Positions 19,313 through 28,253 of a stretch of 32,000 nt of DNA are shown piece by piece (the stretch's first letter is position 1; every line of letters starts with the position of its first letter). The stretch is taken from contig NC_007681.1 in assembly GCF_000012545.1 (NCBI RefSeq), forward strand, positions 1,560,001 through 1,592,000, read 5' to 3'. The notes under the pieces were generated by a model, which was not told the origin of the DNA, ran no database searches, and saw only the letters and a list, made by a program, of their open reading frames with translations. The stretch comes from Methanosphaera stadtmanae DSM 3091 (GTDB lineage Archaea > Methanobacteriota > Methanobacteria > Methanobacteriales > Methanobacteriaceae). The position numbers and the translations under genes are program-made.

Positions 19313-20080
19313 ATGATACAAGTTACATTAATACAAATAGATAATTATGGGCCTTGGACAGTTACACCAGGACCAAGAGCAGAACCAGATTTACAAACAT
19401 TACAATCAAGATTATATGGAGATTTAGAACGCGAATTTGGTGCACATGGAGCAATAGTATTTTTTAATAGATTTGATAATCTTATTGCAATAAGTAATGG
19501 TATGGATTATGATGATCATCTACTTATTCAACAATCTATAAGAAATAGATATCCTATCACTATAAGTATGGGGGTAGGTACAGCAGATACTGCATATGAA
19601 GCTCAAAAAATCGCTACTAAGATGATTCAAAATGGTGGTGGAGCTCAAAGTGCTAATAGATGTGAAGTTTTAAATATTGATTCATTAGCAGATGATGATA
19701 ATAGTCTTGTCCAAATTGCCCATATTGATATTAATGATATAACAAATACATTAACTGATATTGAAACTGCCTTTGATACATCTATAAAGGTATATGAAGT
19801 ACTTCTTGCATTGATGGATGAACTTGCAAAAATTGGAGGTATGTGTTTTTTCATAGGTGGAGATAATTATATGGCTCCTACTAATGGAATATCTAAAGAT
19901 CAATTACGAGAGGCTCTAAAAGTTGTTGATAAAAAAACTGGTGTTACCTTAAAAGCAGGAATTGGTGTTGCAAAACAGGCAGGACGTGCTGCTGATTTAG
20001 CAGACATTGGATTAGAGGATATTAGAGCAGAACTTGTAGATGATTCTGTCTTGTTATTTAATGATTTAGATGAATATTAA
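19313..20080 (+). CDS. arfA: GTP cyclohydrolase III (archaeal riboflavin/F420 pathway entry enzyme, FAPy-forming)
   Basis: The N-terminus MIQVTLIQIDNYGPWTVTPGPR matches the conserved start of the MJ0145-type enzyme. The 255-aa size fits. AGTGAT (19304-19309) precedes the ATG. Confidence 0.85.
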   Translation: MIQVTLIQIDNYGPWTVTPGPRAEPDLQTLQSRLYGDLEREFGAHGAIVFFNRFDNLIAISNGMDYDDHLLIQQSIRNRYPITISMGVGTADTAYEAQKIATKMIQNGGGAQSANRCEVLNIDSLADDDNSLVQIAHIDINDITNTLTDIETAFDTSIKVYEVLLALMDELAKIGGMCFFIGGDNYMAPTNGISKDQLREALKVVDKKTGVTLKAGIGVAKQAGRAADLADIGLEDIRAELVDDSVLLFNDLDEY

Positions 20081-20164
20081 TAACCATCCTTTTTTTTATT
20101 TTTATGAAAACTATTTTTTATTAAAATTATACTAAAATAAATGTTTATGTGAGAGGTTATTATT

Positions 20165-20893
20165 ATGAATGTATTATCTGCTATGGCTGGAATCTGTGAT
20201 GGTGAGTTTTGTAAGAAATTTACTAAAGAAAATATTGATATTATAACTTTAGGTGGATATAATTCAGATTTAGAAACAGATACTGCAGGTATTGAAAACA
20301 CAAAAAATAATAGGCAAGAATTTATAATTAAACCCACTGAATTATCTTCCCACATATCAAAACAAGTAGAAATAATCAGAAACTACAATCCATCATGGCA
20401 AGGTTTAATTAGTGTTAATTTAAGAGGTATAAAACCAGAATCATTTAGAGTAGTTAAGAACAACAAAAATATTGATATTTTAGAAATAAATGCTCATTGT
20501 AGACAAGAGGCTGTTGTAAAAGCAGGTGCTGGAGAAGGTCTTCTTAAGGATAAGAAGAGACTAAGTCAAGTATTAGATGAGGTTTCATCGTATGATATGG
20601 ATGTTAGTGTGAAGATACGTGCAAATGTATGTGGTGTTGATACTTTAGAAATCACTAAATTAATAGAATCATATAATATAGACTATATTCACTTAGATGC
20701 TACAAATCCTGGAATTATGGAAGCTGATTATGAAATTATAGAAGAAGTTAGTAACAACACAGAGATACATTTAATTGGAAATAATAGTGTTACAACACAT
20801 GATGATTATATGAAAATGATAAATAGTGGAGCTGATAGTGTTTCTGTTGCAAGAGCTGCACTTAATGGAAATATCCAAGATATTTTTTATTAA
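20165..20893 (+). CDS. Archaeal NifR3/Dus-related TIM-barrel protein of unknown function (MJ0144-like)
   Basis: LEINAHCRQEAVVKAGAGEGLLKD parallels the Dus motif D-x-N-x-G-C-P...G-x-G-A-x-L. The short 242-aa form is typical of the archaea-only branch. The family assignment is from memory. Confidence 0.6.
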   Translation: MNVLSAMAGICDGEFCKKFTKENIDIITLGGYNSDLETDTAGIENTKNNRQEFIIKPTELSSHISKQVEIIRNYNPSWQGLISVNLRGIKPESFRVVKNNKNIDILEINAHCRQEAVVKAGAGEGLLKDKKRLSQVLDEVSSYDMDVSVKIRANVCGVDTLEITKLIESYNIDYIHLDATNPGIMEADYEIIEEVSNNTEIHLIGNNSVTTHDDYMKMINSGADSVSVARAALNGNIQDIFY

Positions 20894-21013
20894 ATATGAA
20901 AAATTAATTATTTATGAAAACCATAAGTATTATTAATATAAAATAATTATACTAAGAAAATATCTTTTTAAATAATAATTAAATGTAATAATTAAAAGTA
21001 AGGAGTGATTATA

Positions 21014-21496
21014 ATGGGATGGGATGATGCACCAGCTCATGTATGTAGAGGAGGAGATATAAGAGGATTGGCATTTTGTTGTCCTCCAGTTAAACCTTGT
21101 CCTGTACATACTAAACTAGCAGAGGTAGGTTTAAGTCCTCAGGAATTTGTGAATATTAAGGAAGAATTTGGTAAAAAAACAGAGTTAGGTAAAGGTACTG
21201 GAACATGTTTTGGATCTTTAATCTGGTGTTGTAAAGCTTCAAAACCATGTCCACTAAGGGATTCTGTACTTCAATCAATAGGTATGTCACATGATACCTA
21301 TATGACATTAAAAAAGGAATTGGCCAACGAGATTGTTAAACATTCAAATGTTAATGAAATAACATATTCTGATAAAGACATAAGTACTCTTGCTGAAACA
21401 TTTAATATTACCATTGATGAAGCAAGAAATGCTTTAACTGAAGCTGGTAATGATTTAAAAACAGCAATTAAAAATCTTAGATTAAAAAGTTTATAA
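21014..21496 (+). CDS. Cys-rich protein with a duplicated CC-x4-KPCP module and a C-terminal UBA/NAC-like helical tail; probably the methanogenesis marker protein 9 family
   Basis: ATG 21014 is preferred because the track start GTG 21005 sits inside the [20 protein letters not shown]...[14 protein letters not shown] recurs about 50 aa later as [10 protein letters not shown]...[14 protein letters not shown]. The tail is [24 protein letters not shown]. The family name is from memory. Confidence 0.5.
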   Translation: MGWDDAPAHVCRGGDIRGLAFCCPPVKPCPVHTKLAEVGLSPQEFVNIKEEFGKKTELGKGTGTCFGSLIWCCKASKPCPLRDSVLQSIGMSHDTYMTLKKELANEIVKHSNVNEITYSDKDISTLAETFNITIDEARNALTEAGNDLKTAIKNLRLKSL

Positions 21497-21553
21497 TTCT
21501 ATAAACTTTCTATTTATTACTATTTTTTTATGAATCCTTGAAGGTATTGTATT

Positions 21554-22186
21554 ATGACAGTTACATCATTGTTTTTAGATATGGAAGAGAAAAATGTGTT
21601 AATTGTAGGTACTGGCCAAGTTGGTATTAGAAGAGCACGTCGATTTTTAGATGCTGGTGCTTATGTTTCTATTATAACACATGGAATTGATTATGATATA
21701 AAAGAGGAATTTATAAATAAGGGCGCTGTATTCTATAGTGATAATGCTTTAGATGAATTAATTAAAAAATGTGATTTAGTAGTTGTTGCTACTGATAATA
21801 TGGAATTAAACAGGGAAATTTCTCTTAAAGCTCATGATAAATTAGTAAATTGTGCTAGTGATATTTCTTTAAGTAATGTTATTGTTCCATCAACATTTAA
21901 TATTGGTTCTGTTACTATTTCATTATATACTAATTCAAAAAGTCCTCTTATGGCCAAACAGTTACGTAAAAAGATACAGAGTATTATAACTGAAACTGAT
22001 ATTTTATTTATAGAATTACAAGAGTATGTTAGATATCTACTAAAAAAACATGTTTCATCACAGGATGATAGAAAAGAATTTATGATACATGTTAATGAAG
22101 ATGAAATTGTGCAGAAATTAATTGAAGAAGGAAAATTAGATGAGGCTAAAAAATATGTTAAATGCCTCATAGAAAAGATAAACTAA
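21554..22186 (+). CDS. sirC: Precorrin-2 dehydrogenase / sirohydrochlorin ferrochelatase (siroheme synthase N-domain type)
   Basis: Rossmann start VLIVGTGQVGIRRARRFLDAGAYV, then DLVVVATDN and VNCASD blocks as in the CysG N-terminal/SirC family. 210 aa. Confidence 0.75.
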   Translation: MTVTSLFLDMEEKNVLIVGTGQVGIRRARRFLDAGAYVSIITHGIDYDIKEEFINKGAVFYSDNALDELIKKCDLVVVATDNMELNREISLKAHDKLVNCASDISLSNVIVPSTFNIGSVTISLYTNSKSPLMAKQLRKKIQSIITETDILFIELQEYVRYLLKKHVSSQDDRKEFMIHVNEDEIVQKLIEEGKLDEAKKYVKCLIEKIN

Positions 22187-22341
22187 ATTTTAATATAAAT
22201 ATTAGTATTATTAAGTAAATAAATAGTATAAGTAATTAATATATGGTAATGAAATTAGATAAATGTATTTTAATTAAATATGAGTATGTGAAGCTTATTT
22301 GAATGATACATTGAAATAAAAATCTAATAAGGGGATTGTGA

Positions 22342-23529
22342 ATGTTAGTTAATATTCGTATAGATTTTAAAATAGCAGATATAGAAACAATGGAAAAATC
22401 ATATGCTAAACTAGATATGATAAACGCTGAATTACATGAGAAATTAGATATTTTAGAAGAAGTTACACTAAAAACATGTAATAGATATGAAATTTATCTT
22501 CTAATTGATGAAGAAGTTAATATTCCCACAACTACTTTTATTGTTGAAAAGAATGATATGGCTATAAATCATTTGTTAAGATTAGCCTCTGGACTTGAAT
22601 CAATGATTATGGGTGAAGATCAAATATTAGGACAAATAAAAACTGCCCGTAAAAATGCCATAAAAAATAAGACTATTGGCCCAAAGCTTGAGAAGGTTTT
22701 TACAAAGGCTATACATGTTGGTCAGACCATACGTAAAAATACCCATATAAATGAAGGTGGTGTATCTGTAGGTAGTGGTGCTGTAGAACTTATTGAAGAA
22801 AAGTATGGTTCATTGAAAGGAAAAAATGTTCTTATAATTGGTGCTGGAGAAATGGGTACTGTTGTTTCTAAGGCTTTGCTTGAAAAAGAAACAAATACAA
22901 TAGTTGTTGCTAATAGAACATATGATAAGGCAAGACAGTTAGCTCAAGAATTAGATGGTGAAGCTATAAAATTTGATGAAATGAATAATGAACTTGTAAA
23001 TATTGATATTGTAATTAGTTCTACTGGTGCTCCTCATAGTATAATAAGTAAAGAACGTATAGCATTTTTACCTGAAGAACATTTACATGACATGATTATG
23101 TTAGATTTAGCTAACCCTCATGATATTGAAAATGATGTTCAGGAATTAGGTGTTAAATTATATAACCTTGATGATTTAAGATATGTTACTGATAAAAATA
23201 AGGAACGTCGTAACAAGGAAGCTATTAAGGCTGAGGCTATTATTGAAGATGAAACCCTTCTTCTTAAAGAATCTTTAAAACAAATGGAAATAACTCCGAT
23301 TTTATCTTCATTAAATATTGAAGCTGAAAAAATTAGAAAACAAGAACTTGATAAAACATTACACATGCTTGATTTAGATAAAAAATCATCTAAAAAGGTA
23401 GATTATTTAACAAGAAGTATTACTGATAAACTATTATATAATATAATTAACAATTTAAAAGAAGCAGCTGCTAATAATGATAAAGACACTATTAGAAATG
23501 CTAAAAAAATACTCCTTGAATATAACTAA
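22342..23529 (+). CDS. hemA: Glutamyl-tRNA reductase
   Basis: TCNRYEIY, GLESMIMGEDQILGQIK and the NADPH-binding VLIIGAGEMG...VANRT blocks are present. 395 aa. Confidence 0.9.
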   Translation: MLVNIRIDFKIADIETMEKSYAKLDMINAELHEKLDILEEVTLKTCNRYEIYLLIDEEVNIPTTTFIVEKNDMAINHLLRLASGLESMIMGEDQILGQIKTARKNAIKNKTIGPKLEKVFTKAIHVGQTIRKNTHINEGGVSVGSGAVELIEEKYGSLKGKNVLIIGAGEMGTVVSKALLEKETNTIVVANRTYDKARQLAQELDGEAIKFDEMNNELVNIDIVISSTGAPHSIISKERIAFLPEEHLHDMIMLDLANPHDIENDVQELGVKLYNLDDLRYVTDKNKERRNKEAIKAEAIIEDETLLLKESLKQMEITPILSSLNIEAEKIRKQELDKTLHMLDLDKKSSKKVDYLTRSITDKLLYNIINNLKEAAANNDKDTIRNAKKILLEYN

Positions 23530-23531
23530 CC

Positions 23532-23548
23532 AATAGGATTTCCCTATT
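23532..23548. terminator. Short hairpin plus T-run between the convergent hemA and tautomerase genes
   Basis: AATAGG-atttc-CCTATT is followed by tcttttttt. It lies in the 56-bp gap between two convergent stop codons. Confidence 0.4.
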
Positions 23549-23585
23549 TCTTTTTTTAAAAATATTTGAAAAAATATTATTAAAT

Positions 23586-23771
23586 TTAATGCATGTCTGA
23601 TAGTTGTTTTCCACCCACTCCAACATTATCCATTGGATTTTCATATATAGATATGGTTATTGCTTGTTCTGGCAAGTTATAACATTCTGATGCTACTTTT
23701 GTTATTTTTTCAATTAATTCCTTTTTTTGTTCTTTACTTGCTTTAGGTCCTTCTATTGTTATTATTGGCAT
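23586..23771 (-). CDS. 4-oxalocrotonate tautomerase family protein
   Basis: 61 aa beginning MPIITIEGP (catalytic Pro1 after Met removal). The size and beta-alpha-beta pattern are typical of the family. Confidence 0.75.
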   Translation of the reverse strand: MPIITIEGPKASKEQKKELIEKITKVASECYNLPEQAITISIYENPMDNVGVGGKQLSDMH

Positions 23772-23940
23772 TATATCACCTTATGTTCATTTTATAAAAT
23801 ATCTTAGTTTTAATATATATAGTTAAATATTTGTTAATATATAACATTAATGATTTAGAAAAAATAATAGTAAAACATAATACTTATTAAATAATATAAT
23901 AATAATTATATTCTCAAAAAGAGTAATAATTATAGAAGGA

Positions 23941-24405
23941 ATGAATATGTACAAAAAAATATTATTACCTACAGATGGTTCAAAAAATTCAGAAAAAGCT
24001 ATTGAACATGCATTACGTATAGCTGAACTTGAAGATTCAGAAATTATTATACTCAATGTAGTTGATAGTGTTTATTTAACAGGACTTCCAGAGGAAGATT
24101 TAATTACTAAATCTGAACTTATCTTAGAAGAGGAAAGTCAAAAAATAATCAACCATGTGAAATCCATTATTGAAAATATGGAAGAAGAAAAAGGATTTAA
24201 AATAGATCATGTTAAATTAACACCTAGAACAGAAGAAGGTAATGCAGCAGATGTTATCTTAAAATTATCTGAAAAAGAAGATGTTGATTTAATTGTTATA
24301 GCAAGTAGTGGTAAACACATGCTTGACAGATTTTTATTAGGTAGTGTGACTGAGAAAACTGTAAGACATTCAACAGTCCCTATTCTTGTCATTCCAAATA
24401 AATAA
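23941..24405 (+). CDS. Universal stress protein (UspA family)
   Basis: YKKILLPTDGSKNSEKAIEHAL at the N-terminus and DLIVIASSGKHMLDRFLLGSVTEKTVRHSTVPILVI at the C-terminus. The true start may be the second ATG at 23947, which has better spacing from GAAGGA. Confidence 0.85.
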   Translation: MNMYKKILLPTDGSKNSEKAIEHALRIAELEDSEIIILNVVDSVYLTGLPEEDLITKSELILEEESQKIINHVKSIIENMEEEKGFKIDHVKLTPRTEEGNAADVILKLSEKEDVDLIVIASSGKHMLDRFLLGSVTEKTVRHSTVPILVIPNK

Positions 24406-24516
24406 TTAGAATGAATTTCTTTTTTTTATTTTTTTTAGATTATAATTATTATAACTTAGATACTTATTAGTTATAACTTAGTTTATTAATAATATATAAG
24501 TTTTTAGAAATAAGTT

Positions 24517-24736
24517 ATAATTAACTAAAGTATAACATATAATTAACTAAAGTATAACATATAATTAACTAAAGTATAACATATAATTAACTAAAGTATA
24601 ACATATAATTAACTAAAGTATAACATATAATTAACCAAAGTATAACATATAATTAACCAAAGTATAACATATAATTAACCAAAGTATAACATATAATTAA
24701 CCAAAGTATAACATATAATTAACTAAAGTATAACAT
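24517..24736. repeat. Head-to-tail tandem array: 10 copies of the 22-bp unit ATAATTAAC(T/C)AAAGTATAACAT
   Basis: Read directly: 10 contiguous units with no spacers. The only variable position (T or C) is arranged in blocks: units 1-5 T, 6-9 C, 10 T. Degenerate related sequence (two TTATAACTTAG copies about 21 nt apart) lies just upstream at about 24450-24516. The array is in the usp-gatD intergenic region, ending 158 bp before the gatD start. Confidence 0.95.
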
Positions 24737-24894
24737 ATGATGAAAGTTAAATAAACTAAAAAATAAAAACTATGAAAACTATAAACATAATTATTAGTAC
24801 TTAAATTAAGAAAAATATGAAAAAATACAACTTATACTATAATTTTTATTCAAATAATAACTAAAAAACTATTTTTCACAAGGAGGAAAAGAAT

Positions 24895-26211
24895 TTGGCA
24901 TATGAAGAATATCTTAAAGATTTTCTAGAAATATCAAATATTACTGTTGGAGACACAGTAAAAGTAACAAAACCCCATATAGAACATGAAGGAATGTTAC
25001 TTGAAAAACCAGACTATTCAAATGAAAACACTATAATACTAAAATTAGATAGTGGATACAATATTGGTATTGATATAAAAGATGCAAAAATAGAAAAAAT
25101 AAGTGAAGGTAAAAAACCTCAAATAGAATTAGATCCTGTTGATAAAAAAATCTCTGATAAAAAGAAAAATTTATCAATACTTTCAACTGGAGGTACAGTT
25201 GCAAGTGTAATTGACTATAAAACAGGAGCAGTACATCCAGCATTTACAGCAGATGACCTGCTCAGAGCAACACCAGAACTTGTTGATTATGCAAATATAA
25301 ATGCTAAAGCTATATTCAATATTCTAAGTGAAAATATGACACCAGAATATTGGAAAAAAACAGCAACCACAATCTATGATGAAATAAATAATGGAGCAGA
25401 TGGAATAATCATAGCTCATGGAACAGATACAATGCATTATACTGCATCTGCATTAAGTTTCATGATAGACTCTCCCGTACCTATTGTTTTAACAGGAGCA
25501 CAACGTAGCTCAGATAGACCATCATCTGATGCATTTACAAATCTTATGGCATCAGTTAATGCAGCAAAATCTGATATTGCAGAAGTTACAATATGTATGC
25601 ATGGAACTGAAGATGATTCCTACTGTGATCTACACAGAGGTACAAGAGCACGTAAAATGCACACATCACGTCGTGACACATTTACAAGTATAAATATGAA
25701 TCCACTTGCAAGAATTGAAAATAACAAAGTAACAATAAATGATACACAAGTAAAATACACTAAAAGAAATGAAAAAGAACTATCCCTAAATACTAATCTT
25801 GCAGATAAAGTAGCATTAATTAAAATGTATCCTGGAATTAGTCCTGAAATTATAGACATCTATGTAGATAAAAACTATGATGGAATTGTAATTGAAGGAA
25901 CTGGTCTTGGTCATTGTAGTGATGATGTAATAACAAGTATTACAAGAGCAACAAGTGAAGACATTCCTGTTGTCATGACTTCCCAATGTTTATTTGGACG
26001 TACAAATATGAATGTGTATAGTAGTGGTCGTAGATTACTACAAAACAATGTAATTGGTGTGGGAGATATGTTACCTGAAACAGCTTATACAAAACTACTA
26101 TGGGCTGCAGGACAGACAGATAATGTATCAGAAATATATGAAATAATGAAAACAAATCTTAAAGGAGAAATGGATACAACATTATCCCAAAATTACTTTA
26201 TAAAAAACTAA
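24895..26211 (+). CDS. gatD: Glutamyl-tRNA(Gln) amidotransferase subunit D
   Basis: Asparaginase-like blocks [26 protein letters not shown] and VLTGAQRS, plus the archaeal GatD N-terminal extension. TTG start with AGGAGG 8 nt upstream. gatE follows. Confidence 0.9.
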   Translation: MAYEEYLKDFLEISNITVGDTVKVTKPHIEHEGMLLEKPDYSNENTIILKLDSGYNIGIDIKDAKIEKISEGKKPQIELDPVDKKISDKKKNLSILSTGGTVASVIDYKTGAVHPAFTADDLLRATPELVDYANINAKAIFNILSENMTPEYWKKTATTIYDEINNGADGIIIAHGTDTMHYTASALSFMIDSPVPIVLTGAQRSSDRPSSDAFTNLMASVNAAKSDIAEVTICMHGTEDDSYCDLHRGTRARKMHTSRRDTFTSINMNPLARIENNKVTINDTQVKYTKRNEKELSLNTNLADKVALIKMYPGISPEIIDIYVDKNYDGIVIEGTGLGHCSDDVITSITRATSEDIPVVMTSQCLFGRTNMNVYSSGRRLLQNNVIGVGDMLPETAYTKLLWAAGQTDNVSEIYEIMKTNLKGEMDTTLSQNYFIKN

Positions 26212-26226
26212 AGGAGTGCTGAAAAA

Positions 26227-28125
26227 TTGTCTGAAGATAAATTTAATTATAAAGAATTAGGATTAATGATGGGATTAGAAATTCATCAACAACTAGATAG
26301 TAAAACTAAACTATTTTGTAGATGTCCAAATAGCCTAACAGATAAAAAACCTGAAAGAAAAATATTCCGTCGTCTAAGACCAACACAAAGTGAACTTGGT
26401 GAAATTGACAGAGCAGCATATGAAGAATCACAAAGAAATCTTCAATTTGTATATGAAGCATATAATCACCATACATGTCTTGTTGAAGCTGATGAAGAAC
26501 CACCATCCCCTCTAAATCAGGAAGCTGTTGATATTTCAATAATTCTTGCATCACTCATGAATATGAAAGTAGTTGATGAATTTCATACAATGAGAAAACA
26601 AGTAATTGATGGAAGTAACACCAGTGGATTCCAAAGAACAGGAATTCTCGCTACTGATGGATATGTTGAAACAGAATATGGTGATGTTACAATTGAAACA
26701 TTAGGTCTTGAAGAAGATGCAGCAAGACGTATAGGAGAAGAAGATGGTAAAATTGTATTTAGACTTGACAGATTAGGTATTCCCTTAGCAGAAATAACAA
26801 CATCCCCTGACATGCATCATCCTCTTCAAGTAAAAGCTGTTGCATACCAATTAGGTCAAATCTTAAGAAGTACTAGTGTAAAAAGAGGACTTGGTACAAT
26901 TAGACAGGATTTGAATATTTCCATTAAAGAGGGAAGTAGAATAGAAGTTAAAGGTGTTCAAGACCTTGATCTTATGCCAACAATTGTTGAAAATGAGGTT
27001 CAAAGACAATTAAATCTTATAGATATTAGTAAACAGTTACAAGAACGTGGAGCATGTGTTGAAGAAGAAATTATAGATGTTACAAAATATCTTGAAAACA
27101 CTGAATCTAAAGTTATTCAAAATAGTCTTGCAAAGGAAAATAGTTGTATTTTAGCTATTAAATTAAGAAAATTCAATGGATTAATTGGACGTGAAATTCA
27201 ACCAGGTAAAAGATTAGGAACAGAATTTTCTGAACATGGAAAAAAAATGGGTGTTTCTGGATTATTCCACACTGATGAATTACCAGCATATGGAATTGTT
27301 CAAGAAGAGGTAGATACACTTAGAGACATACTAGAATTAGATGAAGATGATGCATTTATTCTTGTTGCTGAAGAAAAAACAAAAGCACACAATGCATTAC
27401 TTGAAATTATTAAACGTGCAAAACAATCACTTGAGGGTGTTCCTGAAGAAACAAGACGTGCACAAGATGATGGAAATACCCAGTATTTACGTCCATTACC
27501 TACTGCTAGTAGAATGTATGTAGAAACTGATATTCCAACAGAAATAATTGAAAAAGAAAGAGTTAAAAAAATAGCTTCAAATCTTCCAGAGTTACCTGTT
27601 GTTAAAAAAGAACGTATTGAAAAAGAATACAAACTTAGTGAAGATTTAGCTAAACAATTAGTACAACGTAATCGTGCAGATTTATTTGAAGAAATTAAAA
27701 AAGAATTACCAAGTATGGATTCAGTGAAAATTGCTTCTGATATTGTATATACTATTAAGGATTTAAAACGTGATGGTTATGATATTACTAAATTAACAAA
27801 AGATGCTCTTGTGGAAGTATTTAGTCTTGTGGATAATGATGTGATTCCTGCAGCAGAAACAGAAGTCATATTAAAAGATGTTTGTAATGATATTTCTCCT
27901 AGAGATTCAGTGAAAAATAATAATCTTGAAAAACTATCAGATGATATTATAGTAGATACTATTAAGGAAATTATTGAAGAAAATAAAAATATGATTGAAC
28001 AAAGAAAAATGGGTGCTATGGGTCCTCTTATGGGTAAAGCCATGGCTAAATTTAAAGGTAAAGCTGATGGTCAAACTGTAAGTAATGTTATTAAAGATGA
28101 AATTTTAAATATCATCAACAATTAA
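26227..28125 (+). CDS. gatE: Glutamyl-tRNA(Gln) amidotransferase subunit E
   Basis: GLEIHQQL, KLFCRCP, DGSNTSGFQRT and GTIRQDLNISI blocks are typical of GatE/GatB. There is a C-terminal YqeY-like tail. TTG start with AGGAGTG 8 nt upstream, 15 nt after the gatD stop. Confidence 0.9.
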   Translation: MSEDKFNYKELGLMMGLEIHQQLDSKTKLFCRCPNSLTDKKPERKIFRRLRPTQSELGEIDRAAYEESQRNLQFVYEAYNHHTCLVEADEEPPSPLNQEAVDISIILASLMNMKVVDEFHTMRKQVIDGSNTSGFQRTGILATDGYVETEYGDVTIETLGLEEDAARRIGEEDGKIVFRLDRLGIPLAEITTSPDMHHPLQVKAVAYQLGQILRSTSVKRGLGTIRQDLNISIKEGSRIEVKGVQDLDLMPTIVENEVQRQLNLIDISKQLQERGACVEEEIIDVTKYLENTESKVIQNSLAKENSCILAIKLRKFNGLIGREIQPGKRLGTEFSEHGKKMGVSGLFHTDELPAYGIVQEEVDTLRDILELDEDDAFILVAEEKTKAHNALLEIIKRAKQSLEGVPEETRRAQDDGNTQYLRPLPTASRMYVETDIPTEIIEKERVKKIASNLPELPVVKKERIEKEYKLSEDLAKQLVQRNRADLFEEIKKELPSMDSVKIASDIVYTIKDLKRDGYDITKLTKDALVEVFSLVDNDVIPAAETEVILKDVCNDISPRDSVKNNNLEKLSDDIIVDTIKEIIEENKNMIEQRKMGAMGPLMGKAMAKFKGKADGQTVSNVIKDEILNIINN

Positions 28126-28253
28126 ATACATTATTTATTTTAATCTTCATTTTTACTTTTTTTTATAGAATCCATTTTTTTTAATATAAATTTAAATATA
28201 AAATAAAAAGATATATTATTTACTAAATAGGTTAGTAATTCGGAGTGATTATA

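Noticed and set aside
24517-24736. Considered whether the 22-bp array is a CRISPR locus or encodes a repeat peptide
   Set aside because: The units are directly abutting with no spacers, and no cas genes are nearby. The unit length is not a multiple of 3 and contains TAA stops in multiple frames.
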